A stretch of DNA of 64,000 nucleotides from Lepidodermella squamata (Eukaryota > Animalia > Gastrotricha), in contig JBLDXI010000002.1 of assembly GCA_047495785.1 (NCBI GenBank), forward strand, positions 248,001-312,000. Reading direction: 5' to 3'. The position numbers were made by a program, and so were the translations under genes. The notes below the pieces were generated by a model, which saw only the letters and a program-made list of their open reading frames with translations, was not told the origin of the DNA and did not search any database. Shown here in pieces: positions 33,670 through 43,072 of this stretch. The number at the start of each line of letters is the position of its first letter. Within the stretch, counting starts at the first letter, position 1.

Positions 33670-35976
33670 ATGATGTATGTCCCACTCATACTGATAATCA
33701 CCGCGTTTATGCCAATCGCATCCAAGAAGTATAATTTGACAATCATGCAGACCTTTCCTATAACTGGTGTTGCACCAAATTTTGGCAGAACTTGCAGCCT
33801 TATTTCAAATTTAATTGCCGTGATGTTCAACAACCGATCTGATCTTCTACCCGACTACAACATCGATTTCCAGTTCGAAGACGAGTCAGTCGGGCTTTAC
33901 AATCCGTTGAGAATCGCTAGCTATGCTCGAGCCATAGAAGAGAGCAACGATACGTACTTTTCCCCACTGATTTTAGGTGGAGGATTATCCAGTGGAGTCA
34001 TGAGAGGAGCCCCTTTACTCAAACCTTTGAATTTGGTTCAAATCTGCTTGGGCTGCTCGGCTGCAATTCTGGCTGATCACCAGCGCTATCCAAATTTGTG
34101 GTTGATGATGGCCGGTGGAGACGTCCTCGCTATGTCAATGGTAAGGTTTATTGGACAAGTCGGAAAATGGAACAGAATAGGAATTCTAACCTCTCCAGTT
34201 AACGTGTATGACTACACAACCGCATTATGGGTTCAAAAGATAGCGATCGAGAGTGGCATTGCAGTTCCCGTTTTTGACGTTCGGTTGGAAATTGAGGATG
34301 ACTCGATGACACCATTAATCGAAAGCGACATTAGGATCATTGTACTCATGACCAGCGTTTCGACAACTGTGACTCAATACCATTGCGCCGCGTACAGAAA
34401 AGGCCTAACTGGGGCCAAATATGTCTTTTTGAGCGATGGATATGGCTACGTCACGTCGAATCCTGATTTTAAAATTGGCTGTGACCGAGATGCGATAGCA
34501 ATTCAACAGAGGCAAACTATTTGGTTCCAGTCAAGCACCGTAAATCTGGACCCCATCACTAGATCAGAGATGGGATTTAATTCTATTGAGTTTGATGTGA
34601 TGCTTAATAGTGCATTGCTGGCTAGAGGCTGGGCACCGACTCCGGACTATGGCAACAGAAGGCTTTGTCACGATTTAACGCTTAAAGGCCTGCGAACACT
34701 AGATGAAGCGGAGAAAGAATTGAAATCTCGAGGGCTGTCACTTCGAGACTATAAAACGTACCCGGGGCTGATTGCTGAAGTAGTGAACAGAACCTTAGGG
34801 ACCATCACAGTTAATGGTCTTCGAATTGGGGCGATGAAGTACAGTCCACGTGGCCAAGTTGACGATGACTTAATTGTTGCGTCAAATTTTCAAGGGAACG
34901 CCATGAAAGGATACTTTGTACAGCATCGGCGACAGAATGCTTCTGCATTCGAATACGACTCTTTTTTTCATAAAGAAATCGAGCCTTTCTCCTGGCCGAA
35001 CTGGTTAGGAAAGGTCCCCAAAGACACAACAGCTATTAATGTTGCCATTGAGAGTGTCTCCTTGCCTTTCTTGATAGTGGTATCCTCTATCGCAGCTGTT
35101 TTGACCTTGAATGATTTTCTGATCCTGGCGCTTGTGATCTACCAGTCAAAAACGGGAGGAATGCAATTTTGGAAATGCTTGCCTGTTTCCCAAGCCACCG
35201 GATTGCTAGCTTGTATTATTCTGAATCTAGCTAGCATTTTCTACGTACTGCCAGTACAGCAGAGACTATCTTTAACTGGACAGTGTCTAGTGGTAATCGG
35301 TGTTACAATTCTTAATGGAATTCTAGCCTTCAGATGCTTCAGTCCAATGAGAGCGGCATTTATTCTTCCACGGCTTACTCAGCGTTCGAGTCTGGCTAAA
35401 CGAAATGAGAGCACTATTAAGTTAAACATACACACAGCGAAAATCCTAGACCGCAAGGCTTCAATAGGGGCATCACTGATGTCTTTGTTGAATATCGCAA
35501 TTATGGCTTGTGGAATTGCCGTAAATCCAGTTATCTGCTCCATTCAGAGTTTGAGCTATGCTGATAATTATGATCCAATAAGTGACACGCTAACAATCAA
35601 CTTAGCAGAGATTTGCGCCTCAAAAAACGAAGTTGCATGGATGGTAATCATAATCGCAATCAATCTTCTATATCTCGGCGCTGGCTGTTTGTCTCTCTGT
35701 CAATTCAAGAAGCGAAAGATTGCTTTCGTGGGCGGAGAACTAATTACAGGTTTTCCTATGCAAGTGATCAATTCAATTGGTGTGATAATTGCGAGCTCCC
35801 TTATCGTGCTGACTCTAAATAGCGTCAGCGCTCGGAGAATCACCATTGCTGTCGCTTGCCTAGCTTTATCAGGGGTGACGTCACTAATATGGAGCTGGCG
35901 GAGCTGGAAAATGGAGAAACCCCGAATATCGGTGACGAGTAGTCGAGAATCGAGAGGGAGATCGTCTGCAACTTGA
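33670..35976 (+). CDS. Class C GPCR, GABA-B-like, copy 3; intact and intronless
   Basis: Same VFT+7TM architecture. The 7TM is close to copy 2 and distant from copy 1. Likely start is ATG 33670 (MMYVPLILII). Confidence 0.85.
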   Translation: MMYVPLILIITAFMPIASKKYNLTIMQTFPITGVAPNFGRTCSLISNLIAVMFNNRSDLLPDYNIDFQFEDESVGLYNPLRIASYARAIEESNDTYFSPLILGGGLSSGVMRGAPLLKPLNLVQICLGCSAAILADHQRYPNLWLMMAGGDVLAMSMVRFIGQVGKWNRIGILTSPVNVYDYTTALWVQKIAIESGIAVPVFDVRLEIEDDSMTPLIESDIRIIVLMTSVSTTVTQYHCAAYRKGLTGAKYVFLSDGYGYVTSNPDFKIGCDRDAIAIQQRQTIWFQSSTVNLDPITRSEMGFNSIEFDVMLNSALLARGWAPTPDYGNRRLCHDLTLKGLRTLDEAEKELKSRGLSLRDYKTYPGLIAEVVNRTLGTITVNGLRIGAMKYSPRGQVDDDLIVASNFQGNAMKGYFVQHRRQNASAFEYDSFFHKEIEPFSWPNWLGKVPKDTTAINVAIESVSLPFLIVVSSIAAVLTLNDFLILALVIYQSKTGGMQFWKCLPVSQATGLLACIILNLASIFYVLPVQQRLSLTGQCLVVIGVTILNGILAFRCFSPMRAAFILPRLTQRSSLAKRNESTIKLNIHTAKILDRKASIGASLMSLLNIAIMACGIAVNPVICSIQSLSYADNYDPISDTLTINLAEICASKNEVAWMVIIIAINLLYLGAGCLSLCQFKKRKIAFVGGELITGFPMQVINSIGVIIASSLIVLTLNSVSARRITIAVACLALSGVTSLIWSWRSWKMEKPRISVTSSRESRGRSSAT

Positions 35977-36152
35977 GAACATTATTCCAATGATGAGCGA
36001 TGTGTTTTTATGATTAAAAGCTAAATCGTTGAATGCTAGTACTGTTTCTGACTTGTAATTTCATGGTGTTAGAAATTGTGTAAGAACATAATGTGAAAAT
36101 TCCTATTGATTTCGAAAAATCTTCCTGAAAGAATTGCCAATAGTTTCTTACC

Positions 36153-37079
36153 ATGCCATCCTCAAAGCAACTTGAAATGTCTGGTAATTGTTTCCCATTG
36201 GTTTTATCCTTAGCCCTGCTCAGTGATCAAATTATTGCGAGATTGAGTTCCACGTCTCCAACTGAGATCCGCAGACTGCACCGACGACAGTTGAAGACTC
36301 AAGGCGCCACCTCGAATAACTACCGCGCCACTTTGGAAGAATATAATCTTGCAAATTTAGAGAAACAACTTCTAGGTTACAACACATGGAATCCTCCGAC
36401 TGGGGACACGCTACCGGGCTCACCTAGCGCCAGCCATCCAATTCCTATTCTGAAACCTGGTAGAAGATTTAAAATTCCGTGTCTTGACTTGCCACCGAGT
36501 GAACTCTTAGATTCAGCTATTGGACAAAAGGACCAATTCAGTCCTGTAATACCCTCGATCAGCCACAAGAAACATGTTCGATCAGCTTATGACCTCCCTC
36601 TAGGTTCGTCTGGACTTACCAACAATCCAATTAAAGGTCCCCCTCCTGGCCCTCATCAATCACAAAGGTTTAATCTCAAGAACGGCCTCATAACGATTGG
36701 AACAATTCTAGTAGCAACGTTATTGGTTGGATTAGTTGCAAGCTTGAAAGTTTTCCTTGCGGAGAAAATCATGGAAAATCGTGCGAAAAATGACCACCCC
36801 TTGCAAAAGGATCGCGACACCCGAATGCAAATGCTATCTGGTGTGAAGGATGTAATAGGACGAACAGCTTTGGATGAAGAATCGCTCTACGGAAGAGTTA
36901 CCATGATTATTCAGGAAAGTCCGCAAATTCGTGGGTTGGTGGAACAGAACGTTGACATGATTCGAATGTTGAATCTGTGGCCATCTCCGACGCAATCCAG
37001 CGTTCGAGGAGATTCGTATCACCGTGTGGCTCAGGGACTTCAAAGGGTCGACTACAGCGCTGGGGAAACCGACATATAG
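36153..37079 (+). CDS. Novel family member 6
   Basis: LALLSDQIIA, RLHRR|Q, TM, DRDTRMQML...GR...LYGRVTMIIQESP...WPSPT. Motif variant AAAAATCTTCCTGAA at 36115-36129. Confidence 0.88.
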   Translation: MPSSKQLEMSGNCFPLVLSLALLSDQIIARLSSTSPTEIRRLHRRQLKTQGATSNNYRATLEEYNLANLEKQLLGYNTWNPPTGDTLPGSPSASHPIPILKPGRRFKIPCLDLPPSELLDSAIGQKDQFSPVIPSISHKKHVRSAYDLPLGSSGLTNNPIKGPPPGPHQSQRFNLKNGLITIGTILVATLLVGLVASLKVFLAEKIMENRAKNDHPLQKDRDTRMQMLSGVKDVIGRTALDEESLYGRVTMIIQESPQIRGLVEQNVDMIRMLNLWPSPTQSSVRGDSYHRVAQGLQRVDYSAGETDI

Positions 37080-37420
37080 ACAACGATGACTCGCTAGGGG
37101 AATGCAATCAATTGATAAGTAAGGGCTAGCTCTTGTGATTAGACAAGGTGCCCAGTAAATTAAACAAATATTCTTCCTGAAATTATTTTACACTTGATTT
37201 CGCATACTTATTCGCCTCGTTTTTTGCTAACTCATGGCGAACAGTACGAAATCAGAGTAACTTTGACCCTTGATCGTTATTTTCATTCAAATCGTGATAT
37301 TTGAGATTGGATGAAAGCTGATTGTATCAAAGAGCAAGTGCATAATGAAAGAAGTGGCTGAATGATGAGCGCTGACTAGTCTTCTACATCATTCCGAAGG
37401 AAACGATCAACACAGAAGTG

Positions 37421-37434
37421 AAAAGTCCACCTTA
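37421..37434 (+). promoter_or_regulatory. Family upstream motif (AAAAGTCCACCTTA)
   Basis: 48 nt upstream of ATG 37483. Confidence 0.65.
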
Positions 37435-37482
37435 GTATTAGTTGAACATCCTAATTTCAAATTTCTATTGTTTGATGCCACG

Positions 37483-38601
37483 ATGTCTCCTACGTCTCGC
37501 CATCGAACTTTGCGGCTCTTCTCGGTCGTACTTTCAGCCGCTATTTTGAATGAACAACTATTCGTTTCTGCTACTTTAAAGCGATCGCAGAGATTACATC
37601 GCCGACAGCCTGGCTCGCCGCCATGGATGAACCCAAAGGAGATGTTGAAGGACAATCTCCGCGAGCAAGTTCGACAGCAATTAGCAGAGTCTCTTGGATT
37701 AGAGGGCGAGGCGAGTAGCTCTTCAGCAAACCTTGGATCTAGCCAACCTAAGTTAGAAAAGCCTACTTCTATATTACGCGATAAGGCAAGTAGCTCATCG
37801 GCAAATTTAGGCCCTAATCCGGCGAAAATGCCAAGAATCGAGAGTCCTAGCCCGATGGAAGTAGATTTGCCGCAAACTGAACCTCTAGCTAATCTTGTCG
37901 ATGATACCGACCCCTACGGGCCTATTGGCGTTGACGAGTATGGTCTACCAATATGGCCTGAGGGACTTGCCCGAGCCAATCCTGACCCTCCAACAGTTCT
38001 CGGGCACCCTAACAGACGAAAGATAAATGACTTGAAAATGAAAAAAACCAGCATGTCTGGCGGGTTTTCTGGCGAGTTTATGAAGGAGCCTGACAGACCT
38101 TTACAATCAGCACCTCCTCTTCCGGGCGATTTCGATTCAGCTGAGACCGCGAAGGTTCCGGACCAGCGAGTGCAGGTGAAACAAGGTTGGTCATTACGTA
38201 GAATAATGCCGATAGTTGGTATGGTATTCGGCTCGATTCTTGTTTATGGGATACTGATTGGAATGCCCATCCTACTAGTCCACCTTCTCGGTAGTTCAGG
38301 TAGCAATGAGAAAAAAGCTAAAGAAATCGATACGGAGACTAGGGCGAAACTACTGAAAGGAGGCGATGAAAGTTTGGGCCGATCTAGCGAAGATTCGTGG
38401 CATATCTACGGCCGTGTTACCGTGATTTTGCAAGCCAGTAAGCCGCTGAAACAACTGGTGATGAACAACTTCGATTCGCTCATCGTGCAGAACTACTGGC
38501 CGAGCCCGACTGAGGGGAATTCTCAAAACGACCAGTTTTTGAGTGCCGGTCTTCCAAAAAACGATTACAGCACTGGAGAACACGAGTTTCTATACCTGTG
38601 A
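37483..38601 (+). CDS. Novel family member 7
   Basis: AAILNEQLF, RLHRR|QP, duplicated ASSSSANLG, DEYGLP, TM, IYGRVTVILQASKP...WPSPT. Confidence 0.88.
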   Translation: MSPTSRHRTLRLFSVVLSAAILNEQLFVSATLKRSQRLHRRQPGSPPWMNPKEMLKDNLREQVRQQLAESLGLEGEASSSSANLGSSQPKLEKPTSILRDKASSSSANLGPNPAKMPRIESPSPMEVDLPQTEPLANLVDDTDPYGPIGVDEYGLPIWPEGLARANPDPPTVLGHPNRRKINDLKMKKTSMSGGFSGEFMKEPDRPLQSAPPLPGDFDSAETAKVPDQRVQVKQGWSLRRIMPIVGMVFGSILVYGILIGMPILLVHLLGSSGSNEKKAKEIDTETRAKLLKGGDESLGRSSEDSWHIYGRVTVILQASKPLKQLVMNNFDSLIVQNYWPSPTEGNSQNDQFLSAGLPKNDYSTGEHEFLYL

Positions 38602-38731
38602 AAGTCCCCGAGACTCCCTGAAGGCGAATGAATCGCGATGACTTTCCATTACACAGTTAATTTCATTTCACGATGCGTAAAATAGCTAATAAAATGTTTG
38701 TGAAAAATGTTGTGTCTTGGAAAAAAATTGC

Positions 38732-38747
38732 AAAAGTTCCCCCTTAA
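38732..38747 (+). promoter_or_regulatory. Family upstream motif (AAAAGTTCCCCCTTAA)
   Basis: 64 nt upstream of ATG 38812. Confidence 0.6.
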
Positions 38748-38811
38748 GAACACGTTTTCTCTCAGAAACTAGATTCAGATTATTTTAATCTTCTCAGTAA
38801 ACTCGTCTATC

Positions 38812-40056
38812 ATGGTTTCTCGCAGAAGGCAAAGCATCGCCATTTTGGTGTCGTTCCTTGTGCTCACTGATCAATTTTTCGCTTCGGCTCTTAAGGCACA
38901 GCCAGTTCCAGGCCATGAAAACTCACCCCGATTGCACCGTCGAGCTGATCCTGATCCTGATTCCAATCCGTCGCGAGTAAGATTCACCCAGCCAATCTCG
39001 GCAGAAGCTAGCGTAGAGCCGGTGAGGAGCTTTCTTGAACGCGCTGGTGTAGCGGTATCCGGGCCGGAAGCCAGCTCTTCTAGCGTTCGATTTCGCCCGC
39101 CGAATCTTCAAATCGACCCCGCAGCGAATTTAGACGACATAGTCGGGCCTACTGATGGACTTCGACCAATTGCCGACCGCACTCCAACGCCCTATCCTAG
39201 GGGAGATGAACAAGGTCGGCCGAAAAAGTGGCGCCCACCAACTCCATTCCCCGGCGAAGAAGCTGCAAAGCCGCCGAAGAAGTGGCGCCCGCCAACTCCA
39301 TTCCCCGGCGAAGAAGCTGCAAAGCCCCCGAAGAAGTGGCGCCCTCCGACACCATTCCCCGGCGAAGAAGCTGCAAAGCCCCCGAAGAAGTGGCGCCCTC
39401 CGACACCATATCCGGGGGGACCAGATGCTGGGCCTGCAGATAACGCTGGCGGTTCCAATTCTCAACAAGTGTTCTTCGGACCGGATTTCGAAATGCCCGA
39501 AGCAGGTGAGCAATCGCAACCAGAAGCTCAAAGCCCTGGGTCTCCTCAAAACTCACCTGATAGAAGCCTGGTTCCGTCAAATGCCGGCCCACTTGCAACC
39601 ACTGGATCAAGGCGTAACACGTTGCCGGCCTTTAATTATCGACCAGTTCTAGCCGGTATGGTTATTGGTGCTTTTCTCACAGTAATTGCTGCAGCCTTCG
39701 CATATTCGATCGTGAATGTAGTAAAAAGATTTGTGAATGATGAAAAGAAGGATCCCAGTGATGACATGGCTGAGAAGGATCGACTTGTCAGGGTTGATTT
39801 GCTGAAAGGCGGTGATCAAGCTCTGGGGCGCGTTTCTGCAAATACTGACGATGTTTACGGCCGAGCAACTGTCATCATGCAAGCCAGCAAGCCTATTCAA
39901 CAAGTAATTGGTGCTAATTTCGAATACCTCTCGATGCCGTATCTCTGGCCCAGGCCTACGGACTTGGAGGCGAGAAGTGATCAATTCGCTAAGATTGGAG
40001 ATGGCCTAGTGGCAAGTGACTACATCACAGAGGCATTAGAATTGCTCTACGTCTAA
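38812..40056 (+). CDS. Novel family member 8, with an 18-aa tandem repeat
   Basis: LVLTDQFFA, RLHRR|A, RVRF, (PKKWRPPTPFPGEEAAKP)n, TM, VYGRATVIMQASKP...WPRPT. Confidence 0.9.
   Translation: MVSRRRQSIAILVSFLVLTDQFFASALKAQPVPGHENSPRLHRRADPDPDSNPSRVRFTQPISAEASVEPVRSFLERAGVAVSGPEASSSSVRFRPPNLQIDPAANLDDIVGPTDGLRPIADRTPTPYPRGDEQGRPKKWRPPTPFPGEEAAKPPKKWRPPTPFPGEEAAKPPKKWRPPTPFPGEEAAKPPKKWRPPTPYPGGPDAGPADNAGGSNSQQVFFGPDFEMPEAGEQSQPEAQSPGSPQNSPDRSLVPSNAGPLATTGSRRNTLPAFNYRPVLAGMVIGAFLTVIAAAFAYSIVNVVKRFVNDEKKDPSDDMAEKDRLVRVDLLKGGDQALGRVSANTDDVYGRATVIMQASKPIQQVIGANFEYLSMPYLWPRPTDLEARSDQFAKIGDGLVASDYITEALELLYV
39220..39417 (+). repeat. 54-bp coding tandem repeat, ~3.7 units
   Basis: Unit CCGAAGAAGTGGCGCCCNCCNACNCCATTCCCCGGCGAAGAAGCTGCAAAGCCN; differences between units are mostly synonymous. 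Confidence 0.95.
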
Positions 40057-40768
40057 TGTAATTCGAGTTTGAAGCATAACTAATAAAAACGTTGGAATTG
40101 TTTTTTTCTACTTCATCCTGTCCAGTTCAAGATTACGGTCATTAGGACGATTCCGGAATTTTGTCAGTGCAGTGTTATTTCATTTTGATGAATTTCAGAT
40201 CGCGCTTTTGAGCAGTGTTACTTATCGATCCTGGCTACAAGAATTTGAAACAATCAGACCACCATCCCAGACCGTTATGGTCATTTTAAAACAGGTAAGC
40301 GAGGTCATAGACCATCAATTTCTCTACGACCAAGGTGTGTAATTTTGATTTTTTTCCAAGTTGAAATCGAGGTAACCCCGTTTACCCATCATGTTCAGCA
40401 AAACATACTATCCCGCATATTTTCGTTGACTTTTGTGTCAATTTTATCAGCTTTTGAGATTTGAGTCAGTGTCCTCGAACAGTCGCCGTATATCAGCTGG
40501 GATAGTGTGATTTCGACTATTTTCCGAACAATCTTTAGAAACAAGCAAGTTTCAAAATCGGGATCAGGAAACCCAATAGAAATGCTGTCAAATATTTTTT
40601 TCCAGATCGGCTATGAAAGGATTAAGCTTTGTTGAGAGAAAAACAATTTAAAAAAATCCACCTTTACAGATTGATTCTCAAAGGATTCATTCCCGAGAGG
40701 GACGAAAGAAGCCTCTTCGCTTCTATTGCGACCCGGGTGGAGCGTAGCAGCTTAAATAACTTTCTTCT

Positions 40769-41719
40769 ATGGAGCTTTGCATGAAGATGATTTCTCCTAG
40801 AAAGAAGACTATTGCGCTTGTTATTTCGATAGCCGTTCTCAGCGATCAAATTTTCACATCCGCCCTTCAAGCCAAGCTGCTGAATAGATCATCTCGCCTT
40901 AATCGACGCGCTGTGTACGAAAAGTTCAGCGATCTGCCGCCATGGGGCCAGCAGGACCTTCGAAATCGTAGGTTAGCCGCCATTAAGCGATACCTCGAGA
41001 ATCGGGGCGTTCCGGTTTCTGGACCTAATGCAGCATCCGCTCCCTCTACTCGAGGCCGAGGTCGGCCATTACGTGTAAACACGAATGCTAGAGTAACGAC
41101 TTTGGGTGACTTGATGGGCCCAACGGACGGGCTTCAGCCTCTGGTTGACCTGGCTTCAATGGCATCCGATGTTTCGTTGCTACCTGGGCGAGGAATAGTC
41201 GCTCTTGCTAACTTACCAGGAAGCTCAATCTCTCGCCCCAACTCTCCAGTAAGGTCCGATTTGCAAAGATCAAAAGTTGCGGCCACTTTATCATGGAATA
41301 GTGAACTAGTAGTTGCGGGTGTTGTCATCGCTGGAATCATTGCATTTACCATAGCGGCTATTGGCTATGAATGGCTGCAAGCGCATAATTCAAAAATAAA
41401 GAAGCTAGAAGATCGGGTTGCTGAGCAGGATAGGAAAAAACGACTTGACAAGCTGGGTTGGGGCGGACGTTATGACGTATATGGGCGAACTGCTTCTGCT
41501 GAAGATATCGACAGCGTTTACGGCCGTGTAACAGTTATCATGCAAGCGAGCAAGCCGATTCAGCATATGGTTGGCGAAAACTTCGATGCTCTTTCGATGC
41601 CTGTAATCTGGCCCTGTCCGACTAATCGTGAGTCAGTGAACGATCAGTTTTTGAAAATTGGCAATACCTTGAGAGATAGCGATTACGTCATCAAAGAAAT
41701 TGAATCCCTCTACATTTGA
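40769..41719 (+). CDS. Novel family member 9
   Basis: IAVLSDQIFT, RLNRR|A, LMGPTDGLQP, TM, VYGRVTVIMQASKP...WPCPT. Motif AAAAATCCACCTTTA at ~40652-40666. Confidence 0.88.
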   Translation: MELCMKMISPRKKTIALVISIAVLSDQIFTSALQAKLLNRSSRLNRRAVYEKFSDLPPWGQQDLRNRRLAAIKRYLENRGVPVSGPNAASAPSTRGRGRPLRVNTNARVTTLGDLMGPTDGLQPLVDLASMASDVSLLPGRGIVALANLPGSSISRPNSPVRSDLQRSKVAATLSWNSELVVAGVVIAGIIAFTIAAIGYEWLQAHNSKIKKLEDRVAEQDRKKRLDKLGWGGRYDVYGRTASAEDIDSVYGRVTVIMQASKPIQHMVGENFDALSMPVIWPCPTNRESVNDQFLKIGNTLRDSDYVIKEIESLYI

Positions 41720-41772
41720 CGAGTCTGATAATAAATTAATGTATTGCTTATTGAATTTGGGAGTTTATTCAC

Positions 41773-41787
41773 AAAAGTCCCCCTTAA
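41773..41787 (+). promoter_or_regulatory. Family upstream motif (AAAAGTCCCCCTTAA)
   Basis: 47 nt upstream of ATG 41835. Confidence 0.65.
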
Positions 41788-41834
41788 ATATCATCATCAG
41801 GAATCAGAAAAGCTTTGCAACCGAACCAGTAGAA

Positions 41835-42722
41835 ATGGCTATGGGGCGAAAACTGAATGGCTACATTGCTTTCTTCCTCTCATTGATAGTGCTGAATGAT
41901 GAAGTCTTTGCTTTATCCCTGAATCTTCGGTCACGGCACCCCCGAAGTGAAACCCTGACTCTGACAATATCCCAACAGGACCAAGCGTTTAATTCGATAC
42001 GAAGCAGCATTTCACAGCGTCAGAAAGCGTTTTCGTCACCAGGCCAACGACTCGGCTCAGACCTCAGTTTAGTTCCTCCCTCTTCAAAGGAGTATGGCGT
42101 AGACCGGCTGGCTAACATCTTAGCCCCACCAGAGCAGCAAGTTCCTGTTATGCCAGATTCGAAATTTCTCATGGCCTCTTCGAAGCTTAATGCCAAAGTC
42201 TCGCCGGGGTTCCCTGGTCCAGAACATCCATCGCCAAATCAGATGACGCAAAACTTGGCAGATTCCGGATCGAAGTCTGTCGGATTCTCAAGTTCTGTCA
42301 GGAATTTCTGGTCGAAATACAAAAAAGATATTATCCTCGTCGGAGTAGGAATAGTGGCGGTGATAGCATTCGTTGCATGGCGTGTTGCGACTTCAGTGAT
42401 CACAAGAGAAATTAATGATAAGGATCGAAAAGATCGTCTGCGGAGAAAGTACATAAATGGAGACGAACCACTGGTTAATGGATCGTTGTTCGATGAGGAT
42501 AGGTTGCTCAGCAAGATGACTGGAGTATTTGGCAGCAGTCCGGTTTTAGGGAGAGCGATCCTAGATAATTTTGACTATCTTCGAATCAAAGACACCTGGA
42601 TCAGCCCGAACGAAGCTACGATTGGAAACGAGCAATTTTGGACTGTCGACTCAAGTTTCGATTCGAAACAGTACAGTGTAGTGGATGATTTACAACAAGG
42701 AATTTTCACAACCATAGAATAA
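41835..42722 (+). CDS. Novel family member 10
   Basis: LIVLNDEVFA, RHPR|S, FWSKYKK+TM, KDRLRRKYI...KMTGVFGSSP...NFDYLRIKDTW. The ORF-track start at 41700 overlaps the previous gene, so the true start is probably 41835. Confidence 0.85.
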   Translation: MAMGRKLNGYIAFFLSLIVLNDEVFALSLNLRSRHPRSETLTLTISQQDQAFNSIRSSISQRQKAFSSPGQRLGSDLSLVPPSSKEYGVDRLANILAPPEQQVPVMPDSKFLMASSKLNAKVSPGFPGPEHPSPNQMTQNLADSGSKSVGFSSSVRNFWSKYKKDIILVGVGIVAVIAFVAWRVATSVITREINDKDRKDRLRRKYINGDEPLVNGSLFDEDRLLSKMTGVFGSSPVLGRAILDNFDYLRIKDTWISPNEATIGNEQFWTVDSSFDSKQYSVVDDLQQGIFTTIE

Positions 42723-43004
42723 AATGTATTTGAAAATGAGTTTTATTACTCGATTTCATTTGTAGTTTACTGATTCATTTCTCTTATGAGGTTCAGCGTG
42801 TCAGTGACGTTGCACATCTACTTCTTAATTTGGGATAATTTTGTAGAAAATTAAATTAATTTTCAAAATTAAAGTTGAAATTAGGTCTTCCATCCGCAAG
42901 AACTGAAGAAATAAACTCGGTCGAGATATCCCGGGACATCCCGAACGTAACTGGTTCGGGGATTTTCGGTGTTTTTCCTGGTTAGAATTTTTCTATCCTT
43001 TTTG

Positions 43005-43019
43005 AAAAGTCCCTCTTAA
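43005..43019 (+). promoter_or_regulatory. Family upstream motif (AAAAGTCCCTCTTAA)
   Basis: 53 nt upstream of ATG 43073. Confidence 0.65.
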
Positions 43020-43072
43020 CATCATTTTCTACGACTCACACTGATTCATCAGGTGATCCGACCAAGTTTGAG

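Noticed and set aside
39225-39260. Resemblance of WRPPTPFP to bradykinin-potentiating peptides
   Set aside because: Only superficial Pro-rich similarity; no N-terminal Gln or matching precursor context.
39220-39417. Possible CRISPR array
   Set aside because: Contiguous tandem units with no unique spacers, inside a eukaryotic ORF, and no cas genes.
39130-39652. Several overlapping alternative-frame and antisense ORFs with repeated peptides (GGRHFFGGFAASSPG etc.)
   Set aside because: Shadows of the GC-rich 54-bp coding repeat; third-position variation supports the 38812 frame.
41700-41834. N-terminal extension of member 10 in the ORF track
   Set aside because: It starts at TTG inside the previous gene and spans that gene's polyA signal and the upstream motif; ATG 41835 fits the family pattern.
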